Shown in pieces: positions 41,267-51,059 of a stretch of DNA of 64,000 nucleotides (position 1 is its first letter; each line of letters begins with the position of its first letter). The notes below the pieces were generated by a model. It was given only the letters and a program-made list of their open reading frames with translations. It was not told the origin of the DNA and searched no databases. The translations under genes were made by a program, and so were the position numbers. The stretch is taken from NCBI GenBank assembly GCA_012519835.1, contig JAAYPJ010000074.1, positions 28,902 through 92,901 of the forward strand, written 5' to 3'. This stretch comes from Clostridiales bacterium. GTDB lineage: Bacteria; Bacillota; Clostridia; Peptostreptococcales; Natronincolaceae.

Positions 41267-41848
41267 TTAAATAATCAATTTCCTTATCGTGTCTAATACT
41301 TCCTGACTCAATTTCTGATACTCATCGGTATGAATTTTTTTACCATAATAATCAGATAAGTCCATTGGCTCGCCTATTACTATCCTTACCTTGCTGAAAG
41401 GTTTATAGTTCCCCATAACAGCCACCGGTATAACAGGACTTTGTGATTTGATTGCAATCATGGCCGAACCGGGTTTTGCCTTCAAAACTTCACCCGGCTT
41501 GCTTCTGGTTCCTTCGGGAAATATACCGAAAATTTCCCCATTGTTTAGAATTTTTAATGCCGTCCTGATCGCACTGATATCGGCGCCATCCCTCTTCACC
41601 GGAAACACTCCTACTTTGTTTAAAAATAAGGCAAAAAGTCTGTTAGAAAACAATTCTTCCTTTGCCATATAATTAACCTTCCTCGGCAAAAATGCTGCAA
41701 TCACAATAGGGTCCATTAAACTGAAATGATTGGAAGATACTATACCCCTGCCCTCCTTTGGGATATATTCTTTTCCTTCAATTTCTATTTTATAAATTAG
41801 GGAAAGCAGAAGCTTTGCAAAACCTTTTATAATTTTATAAAACAACAC
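41267..41848 (-). CDS. plsC: 1-acyl-sn-glycerol-3-phosphate acyltransferase
   Basis: Has the NHFSLMDP (H-x4-D) and FPEGTRS motifs. Confidence 0.82.
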   Translation of the reverse strand: MLFYKIIKGFAKLLLSLIYKIEIEGKEYIPKEGRGIVSSNHFSLMDPIVIAAFLPRKVNYMAKEELFSNRLFALFLNKVGVFPVKRDGADISAIRTALKILNNGEIFGIFPEGTRSKPGEVLKAKPGSAMIAIKSQSPVIPVAVMGNYKPFSKVRIVIGEPMDLSDYYGKKIHTDEYQKLSQEVLDTIRKLII

Positions 41849-41852
41849 CTTG

Positions 41853-42500
41853 CTATCCCTCCCCCAACAACGGGATTATTTTATTTATAACGTCCGCCAC
41901 AGACAGGTCTGTTGTATCGATAACGATTGCATCATCCGCCTTGGCTAAAGGTGAAAATTTTCTTTCCCTATCAATTTTATCCCTGTTTATTATGTCTCTT
42001 TTTACGTCATCAAAATTCACATCAAGTCCTTTATTTTTAAGTTCCTCGTACCTTCTGCGGCTCCTCTGCTCGACGGTTGCCGTCAAAAAAATCTTCAGAT
42101 TTGCATTGGTAAGAACATGCGTTCCTATATCCCTTCCATCCATCACTACATCCCGATTTGAGGCCGCTTTTTTTTGTATACCGATCAAAATTTTTCGTAC
42201 CTGCGGAATTTTAGCGACATATGAAACATTTTTGTTCACCTCGGGAAGCCTGATTTCTTCGTTAACTATGTTATTATCTAAATAAATATCTCCCTGAAAG
42301 AATTTAATATCACTTTCCCGCGCCAATTTGATTATTGCATCTTCATCCTGAACATCTACATTATTTACTAAAACCTTATATGTGAGAGCCCTATACATCG
42401 CCCCCGTGTCTATGTATGTTATATTCAGATATTCGGCAATTTTTTTGGCAATTGTGCTTTTGCCGGAACCGGCAGGCCCGTCCACCGCAATTTGAACCAT
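41853..42500 (-). CDS. cmk: Cytidylate kinase
   Basis: Has IAVDGPAGSGKST. ATG at 42500 lies 9 nt after GGAGG; the track start at 42533 is less likely. Confidence 0.93.
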   Translation of the reverse strand: MVQIAVDGPAGSGKSTIAKKIAEYLNITYIDTGAMYRALTYKVLVNNVDVQDEDAIIKLARESDIKFFQGDIYLDNNIVNEEIRLPEVNKNVSYVAKIPQVRKILIGIQKKAASNRDVVMDGRDIGTHVLTNANLKIFLTATVEQRSRRRYEELKNKGLDVNFDDVKRDIINRDKIDRERKFSPLAKADDAIVIDTTDLSVADVINKIIPLLGEG

Positions 42501-42631
42501 GCGCCTTATGCCTCCTAGAATAGATTTAACCACCGGTTTAGGTGGTTATCTTAAATAATAAAAATATATACCTATCCCCTTACACTTCTAAGGGAAATTA
42601 TACATCAATTTCTGATATTCCTCAAGCATAT

Positions 42632-43093
42632 CTATATTCTTATTATAGCCAGGGTGTTGATACCTTCCTTCAAAATCATGTGACTGTCACCTAATACATT
42701 ACCTACATTCGGGGACATCCCTTTTATCCCAATTTTTATATCATCGCTGTACATGCAGCTGTTTATCTGTATTACATCCCCGTCATGAACGGTTATTGTT
42801 ATCCTATTGTTTTCATTAAACCTATGACCGGATAGCTCACCGTTTACAATCACTTCCAACATTGGATACATTTTATCATCTTCAATTACAACCTCCATAA
42901 TACCCTGAGACGGCACATTATTTTTAAGATCGGCAGTATTAAATTCGGAAAATTGTGCGGTAATATAGTGGTCATATACCCTTATTACATTTGACCCTAT
43001 CAATAAGATAGATACAAACATAACGATGATAATAATAAATTTTTCTATAAAAAAGTACCTTTTTTGTTTCGATAGCATTTTCCTACTGCCCAT
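42632..43093 (-). CDS. Hypothetical membrane-anchored protein (single N-terminal TM, small beta-rich ectodomain)
   Basis: ORF with a hydrophobic segment (FIIIIVMFVSILLIGS). I do not recognise any family. The start is uncertain (43078-43144). Confidence 0.45.
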   Translation of the reverse strand: MGSRKMLSKQKRYFFIEKFIIIIVMFVSILLIGSNVIRVYDHYITAQFSEFNTADLKNNVPSQGIMEVVIEDDKMYPMLEVIVNGELSGHRFNENNRITITVHDGDVIQINSCMYSDDIKIGIKGMSPNVGNVLGDSHMILKEGINTLAIIRI

Positions 43094-43153
43094 TGGTTGC
43101 ATTCCCCTATAACCTTTAAAATTACGAGCGCTCTTATATATCACATATTATCT

Positions 43154-43768
43154 TTATATAATTATGTCCATATGACAGGTGTCGTTATACTTAATTAAAA
43201 CAGGCCCGTAATACCTGAATTCCACTAAATTGACAGAACCGTTGCTCAACTTCAATTTATAGTAGTGCTTTAGGTCCATAGAAAGTACGCTCAGTAAGAG
43301 CAAACGAATCACCGTACCGTGACTGACCACTAAAATTGTATCTTTGTCCGATTTTATAATTTTATCATCAACGAAGTCCACCATACGTTTTTGTGCGATT
43401 TCTATAGTTTCGCCCGATGGTATGTTTGCAAGATGAGGTTTCTCCATCCAGGTTCTGAAATCGTCAGGATATCTTTTTTTGATCTCCGGACGGGTTAACC
43501 CTTCCCATTCTCCAAAGTTCATTTCAACCAATCTACTGTCCAATTTGCAATCCAAATTTTTTATGTCTGCAATAATTTGAGCCGTTGAATAAGCTCGTTG
43601 CAAGGTACTGCAATAAATTTCACCTAATTCGATATCTCTGAAATATTCCCCCAATTTTTTTGCCTGCTCGAAACCTAGAGGGGTTAGACCGGAATTTTTA
43701 CTCCCCTGGGTCTTACCCTCTAAATTCCATAACGTCTGTCCATGCCTGACTAAATATAATTTCTTCAT
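43154..43768 (-). CDS. Histidine phosphatase family protein (PGM/CobC-like)
   Basis: Has LVRHGQTLWN (RHG motif) and a SHG motif. Confidence 0.82.
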   Translation of the reverse strand: MKKLYLVRHGQTLWNLEGKTQGSKNSGLTPLGFEQAKKLGEYFRDIELGEIYCSTLQRAYSTAQIIADIKNLDCKLDSRLVEMNFGEWEGLTRPEIKKRYPDDFRTWMEKPHLANIPSGETIEIAQKRMVDFVDDKIIKSDKDTILVVSHGTVIRLLLLSVLSMDLKHYYKLKLSNGSVNLVEFRYYGPVLIKYNDTCHMDIII

Positions 43769-43788
43769 CCAAATCCACCCTTTACTTA

Positions 43789-44661
43789 CTAACCCTGGTT
43801 CCTGCCTTGATAGACATTATATTTTTTCCAAATCCCTTCTAAAGTATTAAAATGTTCGGTTATTTTTTCCTTTTCACACATCCCGATTGCTACTATCAGG
43901 GCATTTATTAGACTGAGGGGTGCCACCAACGAATCAACAAATGATGCCATGTTACTTTTGGCCGTCAGGGTATAATCCGCCAGATTTGCTATTGGGGACA
44001 ATAGACTGTCTGTAATACCCACAATTGTCACCCCTTGTTCTTTTACATATGACAGTGCGTCCACTGTCTGCATAGAGTACCTGGGGAATCCTATACCTAT
44101 AACTATATCCGTTTTAGATACCCTGAATACCTGTTCGAAGATGTTACTGATACCATGATGAACTATTTTGACATTATCCAGGATTAGATTCAAATAAAAG
44201 CCGAAATAATCGGCAATGGCCATTGAACTTCTAAGACCAACTATATATATTTTTTCGGCCTCGCATATTTTATTTATTACCTGTTGGAATGTTTCATAAT
44301 CTATATTTTCTAATGTGACCCTTATGTTGTCTATATCGGCCCCAAGTACTTTTTTTAACACCAGGCCCCCGTCGGAATACTCGCCTGCCATTTCTACGCG
44401 CTGAACTGTAGTCAGCTTTGTCCTTATGACTTCCTCTAAACCTCTCTGGAGCTGTGGATAACCGTCAAGCCCCAGAGCATTGGCAAATCTGACAACCGTC
44501 GATTCACTGACACCGACCTTGCCTGCGAGTTTAGATGCCGTCATAAAAGCCGCCTTGTCGTAATTTTCAATTATATATTGAGCGATTAATTTCTGACTTT
44601 TGCTCAATTCGGAAAATCTTTTCTGGATCTCGTTGATTAAATCCCTTTTATTTTCATCCAT
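43789..44661 (-). CDS. RpiR/MurR family transcriptional regulator (HTH_6 + SIS)
   Basis: Has an N-terminal HTH (MTASKLAGKVGVSESTVVRFA) and a SIS domain. Confidence 0.85.
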   Translation of the reverse strand: MDENKRDLINEIQKRFSELSKSQKLIAQYIIENYDKAAFMTASKLAGKVGVSESTVVRFANALGLDGYPQLQRGLEEVIRTKLTTVQRVEMAGEYSDGGLVLKKVLGADIDNIRVTLENIDYETFQQVINKICEAEKIYIVGLRSSMAIADYFGFYLNLILDNVKIVHHGISNIFEQVFRVSKTDIVIGIGFPRYSMQTVDALSYVKEQGVTIVGITDSLLSPIANLADYTLTAKSNMASFVDSLVAPLSLINALIVAIGMCEKEKITEHFNTLEGIWKKYNVYQGRNQG

Positions 44662-44768
44662 AATAGCTGATCACCCTATTTTTTGTTTTGTTTCTTATAT
44701 TATAACCTGTTAATAAAATATCTTCATTTTATAGCCTTAGCAATTCAGATAACACATAATATACGAAA

Positions 44769-45533
44769 CTATTCATAAATGTCCCATTTTTTCAACTCTT
44801 CAAAATGTTTGAAACTGGTGAGATCGAAATGTATCGGTGTAATGGAGATATAATTCTCGTTGACCGCTATAATATCACTATCGGGATCCTGTTCCATCTC
44901 CCGTACCGTGCCGGACATCCAGTAATATATATTACCCCTGGGATCCTTCCTTTCAATAAATGCATTGTCATATTTTCTTATTCCTAATGTAGTTATTTTT
45001 ATACCCTTTATTTCATCCTCAGGCTTATCCGGGTAGTTAACGTTGATTACTACGTTGTGTAATTTGTTGTTTCCTATAATTTTTTTAAACAACAGCGAAG
45101 TAAACCGTGCGGCGGCGTCAAACTCGTTTGCTTTACAACCGCCCATTGATACCGCAATCGACGGGATGCCCATAATGGCCGATTCTACGGCCGCCGAAAC
45201 AGTACCGGAATAAATCACATCGGTTCCTAAATTGGGTTCATCGTTGATACCCGAAATAACTATATCCGGTTTTTTTGTCTTGAACAACGCCTCAATTCCC
45301 ATCTTTACGCAGTCTGCAGGTGTTCCATTTGTTGAATAGGCTTCAATTTCCGTGTCAAAGAATTTAACCCTTTTTACCATCAATGGACTGCGCATTGTAA
45401 TTGCATGCCCGGAAGCGCTTCGCTCGCCGTCGGGAGCAACAATCACTACCTCACCATTATATTGCATCTGTTTTGCAAGCCTGTATATTCCTTCGGCAAA
45501 AATACCGTCATCATTAGTGATTAAAATTCGCAT
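44769..45533 (-). CDS. surE: 5'/3'-nucleotidase SurE
   Basis: Has MRILITNDDGI and GINDEPNLG motifs, with the start at ATG 45533. Confidence 0.93.
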   Translation of the reverse strand: MRILITNDDGIFAEGIYRLAKQMQYNGEVVIVAPDGERSASGHAITMRSPLMVKRVKFFDTEIEAYSTNGTPADCVKMGIEALFKTKKPDIVISGINDEPNLGTDVIYSGTVSAAVESAIMGIPSIAVSMGGCKANEFDAAARFTSLLFKKIIGNNKLHNVVINVNYPDKPEDEIKGIKITTLGIRKYDNAFIERKDPRGNIYYWMSGTVREMEQDPDSDIIAVNENYISITPIHFDLTSFKHFEELKKWDIYE

Positions 45534-45690
45534 ATATCTTCTCCTCATGATTTTGAGCCTTATGAAACTGATTCATTCAAATCTCCCCCATCTATAATTA
45601 TATCATAAAACACTGCAAATAACAGAATAGATAAGATATTTGGCGGTACCGGATTACTGTAGCAAAAATAAATAGAATATATAAAATAAT

Positions 45691-45714
45691 AAAAAAACCC
45701 CTAAGATATAGGGG
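45691..45714 (-). terminator. Intrinsic terminator after the carboxyltransferase gene
   Basis: The - strand reads CCCCTATATCTTAGGGG followed by TTTTTTTATTATTTT. Confidence 0.8.
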
Positions 45715-45724
45715 CTTTTGTTTT

Positions 45725-47122
45725 TTATACCGGGTGGATTTTTTCTTTTTCGTTGTATAATTCTGTCTCTATTTTATATTTATCCGCCCACCTGTTTTTA
45801 AAGAAATTCATTGCAACTTGTGGAAATAATGCATAAGTAAGTACGTCTTCATCCTGCTCTAAGTATTCTTTCATCTCCTCTTTCAATGACCCTAACTGTG
45901 GCTCTATAAAATCTGCCGGACGACAGGAAACAACTTCTTCGTCACCTATAATTTTTCGTTTGATGTCATCTTTAATTGGAACCGTCGGTCGGCCGTATAG
46001 ACCTTTTACATAGTCTTTGACCTCATTTGGTACCATTTTGTACCGTTCGCCCGTGATAACATTAAACACCGCTTGGGTACCCACTATTTGACTTGTAGGG
46101 GTTACCAGCGGGGGATAACCTAAATCTTCTCTAACCTTTGGAACCTCTTTGAGCACATCATCAAACCTATCCAATTTGTTTTGAGCTTCGAGTTGTGATA
46201 TGAGATTTGATAACATTCCTCCGGGAACTTGATATATTAAGGTCTTCACATCTACCCCCAAAACCTTCGGGTTGATTAAACCTTCTTTTAAATACCTTTC
46301 CCTCAACGGCCTGAAATGTTCCGCAATTTCATTGAGCGCTTCCAAATCCAAGCCTGTGTCATATTGAGTGCCTTTAAAGGTTGCTACCATTGGCTCTGTT
46401 GGGGGCTGAGATGTTCCTAATGCTAACGGAGAAATCGCCGTATCAATTATGTCCGCACCCGCTTCTATGGCCTTTAAATAAGTCATTGATGCAATGCCAC
46501 TGGTATAATGGGTGTGCATCTGTAGAGGAACCGTAATTACCTTTTTCAGCTCTGTAACCAGTTCAAATGCCACATAGGGAGTCAATATTCCCGACATATC
46601 CTTGATGCAAATAGAATTCGCGCCCAAGTCCTCCAGTTCCTTTGCTTTTTTTACATAGTATTCTACGTTATGTGCCGGACTGGTGGTATAAGACAGTGCG
46701 CATTGAGCATGCCCACCCTCTTCCAAGGTTGTCTTTATTGCTGTTTCCAGGTTCCTTGTGTCATTCAATGCATCAAAAATTCTCACAATGTCTATTCCGT
46801 TACAGATCGCTTTTTTAACAAATTCCGACACAACATCATCGGCGTAATGCTTATACCCTAAAATATTCTGGCCTCTTAAAAGCATTTGAAGTTTTGTGTT
46901 TTTAACAGCCTTTCTTATACTGCGTATCCGTTCCCAAGGATCTTCGTTTAAAAATCTCAGGCTGGCATCAAATGTAGCTCCACCCCACATTTCCAATGAA
47001 TGATAACCCACTTGATCCATTTTTTCAGCAATAGGCAGCATATCTTCAGTTTTCATTCTCGTAGCCAACAGAGATTGATGTGCATCTCTTAGTGCTGTTT
47101 CCGTAATTTTTATCTTTGCCAT
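45725..47122 (-). CDS. Carboxyltransferase (oxaloacetate decarboxylase alpha / pyruvate carboxylase B / transcarboxylase 5S type) without biotinyl domain
   Basis: Has ITETALRDAHQS..MWGGATFD, a TIM-barrel carboxyltransferase. At 465 aa it ends without an (E)AMKM biotin-attachment motif. Confidence 0.85.
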   Translation of the reverse strand: MAKIKITETALRDAHQSLLATRMKTEDMLPIAEKMDQVGYHSLEMWGGATFDASLRFLNEDPWERIRSIRKAVKNTKLQMLLRGQNILGYKHYADDVVSEFVKKAICNGIDIVRIFDALNDTRNLETAIKTTLEEGGHAQCALSYTTSPAHNVEYYVKKAKELEDLGANSICIKDMSGILTPYVAFELVTELKKVITVPLQMHTHYTSGIASMTYLKAIEAGADIIDTAISPLALGTSQPPTEPMVATFKGTQYDTGLDLEALNEIAEHFRPLRERYLKEGLINPKVLGVDVKTLIYQVPGGMLSNLISQLEAQNKLDRFDDVLKEVPKVREDLGYPPLVTPTSQIVGTQAVFNVITGERYKMVPNEVKDYVKGLYGRPTVPIKDDIKRKIIGDEEVVSCRPADFIEPQLGSLKEEMKEYLEQDEDVLTYALFPQVAMNFFKNRWADKYKIETELYNEKEKIHPV

Positions 47123-47221
47123 ATATTTTCTCCCCTATAAATAGTATAAATTATATAACAACATATAAATAATACAAGTTATATAATAACATAAAACCCA
47201 ACCACATACAATATAAAATTA

Positions 47222-47839
47222 TTAAAATCCATTGTTTTTATAGCATTCCGATTGAAAGCAAGAATCCTTTTTCATCTTTTCAATAAAGATAATAATTGGC
47301 GGATTATTTCCCTGATTTGCATAGTAACAATTCATCACGACAAAATCTTTGTTCGGAAGGCCCTTTACAAAATCTGAAACCTGTTGTTTTTCATCCATAC
47401 CCCCTTCATGTCCATAATACATAATTATAGATATTATACCCCCGGGTTTTAAGAGTTTCAATACTGATTTGATACCTTTGATGGTAGAACCCGGCTTGGT
47501 TATAATTGAACGGTCACCCTGAGGCAAATATCCTAAATTAAACATCGCGGCATCTATAGCACCTGTTGAATAACTTTCTATATTTTCATGACCGTCATTA
47601 ATAAGTCTTATGTTATGATCGTCTAATCCGTTATCAACCAATTTTTTTAAAGTTCTGTCTACTGCAATTTGTTGTATATCAAAAGCAAAGACACTTCCCC
47701 CCGGCCCTACAAGTTCGGCTAAAAACACCGTATCATTACCGTTACCCATAGTAGCATCTATTACCACATCATTTTTATTGATTTTTCCTTTTAACACATG
47801 GTGTACAAAGGAGGTTGCCCGCACAATCGAATTTAGCAT
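47222..47839 (-). CDS. mnmM: Class I SAM-dependent methyltransferase, YtqB/MnmM-like
   Basis: Shows strong pattern match to B. subtilis YtqB (VIDATMGNGNDTVFLAELVG..FDIQ..FNLGYLP..PPIIIFIEK). Confidence 0.8.
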   Translation of the reverse strand: MLNSIVRATSFVHHVLKGKINKNDVVIDATMGNGNDTVFLAELVGPGGSVFAFDIQQIAVDRTLKKLVDNGLDDHNIRLINDGHENIESYSTGAIDAAMFNLGYLPQGDRSIITKPGSTIKGIKSVLKLLKPGGIISIIMYYGHEGGMDEKQQVSDFVKGLPNKDFVVMNCYYANQGNNPPIIIFIEKMKKDSCFQSECYKNNGF

Positions 47840-47935
47840 ATGAAATCCCTTTCTAAATTACGCCCATCGCATGATTGATACGCTGTTATTTGCATTGCCT
47901 GAACCCCTACGGGATATATCAAATAAATTCCGGAA

Positions 47936-48649
47936 TCACAGCTGTTTCAGATATTTAACTTCCTGCTCGGTGAGATATCTCCAGTTTCCAACTTCCAGAT
48001 CCCCGATATTTATTTTGCCCATTTTAATTCTTTCCAGTTCTAATACCGGATGGCCTATGGCATCACACATTTTTCTGATTTGATGATTTTTGCCTTCTTG
48101 GATGGTTATCTCAACAAGACAATCCTTACCGAGTTTTTTTAAAACCCTTATTTTAGCGGGTGCTGTAACATAGTTTTCTACTTTTAAACCGCTTTCAAAA
48201 CTGTTCAATTTATCCCTGCTCGGAATACCCCTAATTTTTGCGACGTAAACCTTTGGAACCTCAAACTTGGGGTGGGTTAATTTATATGTCAATTCACCAT
48301 CGTTGGTAAGTATGAGAAATCCCGACGTATTATAATCCAATCGTCCAACCGGAAATATCCGATAGGGTACATTGATCAGATCAACAACCTTTTTCCTGTT
48401 AAACTGTTCCCGTACAGTGGTTACATATCCCTTGGGCTTGTTTAATAAGATATAAACTTTATGTCTTTCTAAAGCTATATTTTTACCGTCCACACAGACC
48501 GAATCAGTTTCGGGTTCTACCTTAAAACCCATTTTGGTAACTGTTTTACCGTTAACCTTCACTCTTCCGCTACTGATCAATTCTTCACTTTTCCTTCTTG
48601 AAGCAACACCGCAATCGGCCAAGAACTTCTGCAGTCTCATAAATTTCAT
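47936..48649 (-). CDS. rluB: Pseudouridine synthase (RluB/RsuA family)
   Basis: Has an S4 domain (MRLQKFLADCGVASRR) and the catalytic GRLDYNTSG. Confidence 0.88.
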   Translation of the reverse strand: MKFMRLQKFLADCGVASRRKSEELISSGRVKVNGKTVTKMGFKVEPETDSVCVDGKNIALERHKVYILLNKPKGYVTTVREQFNRKKVVDLINVPYRIFPVGRLDYNTSGFLILTNDGELTYKLTHPKFEVPKVYVAKIRGIPSRDKLNSFESGLKVENYVTAPAKIRVLKKLGKDCLVEITIQEGKNHQIRKMCDAIGHPVLELERIKMGKINIGDLEVGNWRYLTEQEVKYLKQL

Positions 48650-48669
48650 CCTATCTTTGCTTATTACTT

Positions 48670-49950
48670 CTATTTTAACCTTTCGGAATAAATATTCAAT
48701 AGGTTTAATCGTTCCAACTTGTTTTTTATAATTCCCGCATCGGTGGTATATAAATTTAGTTCCTTCATGCGTTTGAAATAGTCCGTGCCTGCAAATGTAA
48801 ACCTTTCTTTTAACCCTTCCATAGTAGTGATTCTTTCATTTGCATATGCGATCAGATCACCTGAGGCAGTCAATCTCGGTAACTGTAAAAATGGGATACC
48901 CAAAAATGCCCTGACACTATTATGCCCTGCCAGGCTTCCGGTTACAATAGCCTCCGTATGGCCTACAAAAAGTCCGGATTTTTCCCCTGCACAAAATAAA
49001 TTTTTTATTCCGACTACCTTCATATTATTATCCCTCGGCGCCATAGACAGGTAACGTATTGAATTACCTATTCCCCCTGAATAGGGATCTTCATATTTTG
49101 CATTTTCAAAGCCCCTGATTTTTCTGAGTTTATCCAACGGATAAAACGGAGCCATAAGCTTGGCATGGCCTGTATCAAGCAGTATTATGTTCTCCGCATA
49201 TTCCTTCAAAGCATATTGCTGACAAACCTTAATATCGAGTTTGCCTATATTGATATCTTCATCGGGAACCTTGACTATTACCACACCCTTCTCATTCAGT
49301 TCATCGACTATTTCCTTGGATAGAGAGTCTTTGTTGAGTTTACAGGCCCCACTGAATGCACCGGAATCACCGTTTGCTCTTTGCCCCAGAATGTCTTCTA
49401 TTCCGGCCCTCTGACTCAAGCTTACCCTCGGCCCGAAAGACGGGCACCTCAAAACGCACATTGCACACCCGTTACCATATTTTCTGCAGTTACCCATAGG
49501 CCCCGTGGAACCCGTGGCTTCAATAAAAATATCCCCTTCAAATATACTGTTGTCAAAAAGTCTGATTGCCGTGATTTTATCCCCATTTTTAACTACATCC
49601 GTTACCCTGTGTTGGAGGTATAAGTTAATCCCCATAGTCTTAATTAATTTTCTGACCTGGGCTTCTATAATCGCTACGTCATATAAACTACAATGCTTAT
49701 GACCCGGAAAATCCAAATTTTTATGCCGCGAACAACGGTCGGTTATTTCAAACAATTCCGCCGCTCCCAATAGCATGGTTTCTTCGGCCGCAGTGTATCT
49801 TCCGTTGTTTCTCATGATTCCTCCTACATTCCCGAGCCCTAAAAGCATATCTGTCCTTTCAAAAAGATGTACGTCTCCTCCCGCCTTTTTGGCGGTAATC
49901 GCGGCAGCACAACCTGCCCATCCCCCACCTATAATTACAATTTTAGCCAT
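48670..49950 (-). CDS. FAD-dependent oxidoreductase with internal four-Cys cluster, function unknown
   Basis: Has an N-terminal dinucleotide fold (IVIIGGGWAGCAAA) and C-x6-C-x2-C-x3-C (CRKYGNGCAMCVLRC). ATG at 49950 has good spacing from AAGGGGGGA. Confidence 0.6.
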   Translation of the reverse strand: MAKIVIIGGGWAGCAAAITAKKAGGDVHLFERTDMLLGLGNVGGIMRNNGRYTAAEETMLLGAAELFEITDRCSRHKNLDFPGHKHCSLYDVAIIEAQVRKLIKTMGINLYLQHRVTDVVKNGDKITAIRLFDNSIFEGDIFIEATGSTGPMGNCRKYGNGCAMCVLRCPSFGPRVSLSQRAGIEDILGQRANGDSGAFSGACKLNKDSLSKEIVDELNEKGVVIVKVPDEDINIGKLDIKVCQQYALKEYAENIILLDTGHAKLMAPFYPLDKLRKIRGFENAKYEDPYSGGIGNSIRYLSMAPRDNNMKVVGIKNLFCAGEKSGLFVGHTEAIVTGSLAGHNSVRAFLGIPFLQLPRLTASGDLIAYANERITTMEGLKERFTFAGTDYFKRMKELNLYTTDAGIIKNKLERLNLLNIYSERLK

Positions 49951-49973
49951 TCCCATAATCCCCCCTTCTGTAT

Positions 49974-50894
49974 TTATATTCTCTGAGCCTTGCAGGTTTT
50001 AACCAGCGCCCCGCTCTTGTCTTTTTTAACACAGGATCCGCAAATTCCCTCGCCACAACATATTGGGTTATTATTGGTTGTAACGAATTTTACATCATCC
50101 GTTTCCTGAATACATTCGATAATCTTGTTTTGTAGCGGGTCCGAACCGCCTATAAATATTAACTTATAATTGTTTTCTTTCATAAGTTCCCTGCATAAAA
50201 TAGCAACATCGTCCGACGGCATATTTACTTCCCTTATGGGTTCCCCGAGATATTCTTTAATAAAATTGTGCTCATCAGTCCTTTTATTGACAATAATATC
50301 TACAACATTGTTGTTTTTTAACAGGTGTTTTATGGACAATATCGCAGGTGCTTGCGCTATACCCCTGGCCAGTACCAGGCATCTGGCATTTTGTGTTGTT
50401 TTGAGAGCATTTAATCCAAATATACCGTTCCAATAAGGCCCCCTGACAATCACAGTACCGCCATGATCCGTTAACTTTTTAGTCTTTACCCCGCAAATCT
50501 CCACAGCTATTTTTATTACCGATTTTTCTTCGTCACAATCCATAATTGATATCGGTACATCAAAAAAATAATCACTGTGTTTGTTTCTTATAAAAACATA
50601 AGAGCCGGGCTGCTTCAGGACTCTGGCCATATATCTCGTAACCTTTATCGTTAAAAAAATAATCTTACCGATGACTTTACTGCCGACTACGGGATACTCT
50701 CGAGATTCTCGTACCCCTTTTTTTTTGTTCCCCGCAAAATAGAATTCATCATAAATACATACCCCCATCCAATTACAATCACAGTAGCCCTTTCCTTGTA
50801 ATTGTGTACATATGATGCAACTATTTTCCTCTGCTAAATGACATGGGCAATAATCACTGCCCGCATCCACACATTGCCATTGTTTAGAGTTCAT
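49974..50894 (-). CDS. PyrK / sulfide-dehydrogenase-like FAD/NAD(P)-binding protein with Cys-rich N-terminal extension
   Basis: Has an FNR-like core, a C-terminal 2Fe-2S-type motif (CCGEGICGSC..C), and an N-terminal 9-Cys segment (CVDAGSDYCPCH..CIIC..CDC..C). Confidence 0.65.
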   Translation of the reverse strand: MNSKQWQCVDAGSDYCPCHLAEENSCIICTQLQGKGYCDCNWMGVCIYDEFYFAGNKKKGVRESREYPVVGSKVIGKIIFLTIKVTRYMARVLKQPGSYVFIRNKHSDYFFDVPISIMDCDEEKSVIKIAVEICGVKTKKLTDHGGTVIVRGPYWNGIFGLNALKTTQNARCLVLARGIAQAPAILSIKHLLKNNNVVDIIVNKRTDEHNFIKEYLGEPIREVNMPSDDVAILCRELMKENNYKLIFIGGSDPLQNKIIECIQETDDVKFVTTNNNPICCGEGICGSCVKKDKSGALVKTCKAQRI

Positions 50895-51013
50895 AAAATC
50901 CCCCCTTTAGGGCCAACCTTCCCTCAATTTGAACATCTTGGATTCATATTGGAAAAATTTCACCATATTATCATCTTATTTTGCCGATAGTATTGTGTTA
51001 CTAGTTTTTCATA

Positions 51014-51047
51014 TAAAAAAAGACCCCCAATATAAAATTGGAGACCC
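51014..51047 (-). terminator. Intrinsic terminator after dacB
   Basis: The - strand reads GGUCUCCAAU-uuuau-AUUGGGGGUC (a 10-bp stem including G-U pairs) followed by UUUUUUUAU. Confidence 0.65.
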
Positions 51048-51059
51048 TCTTTGACAGGT

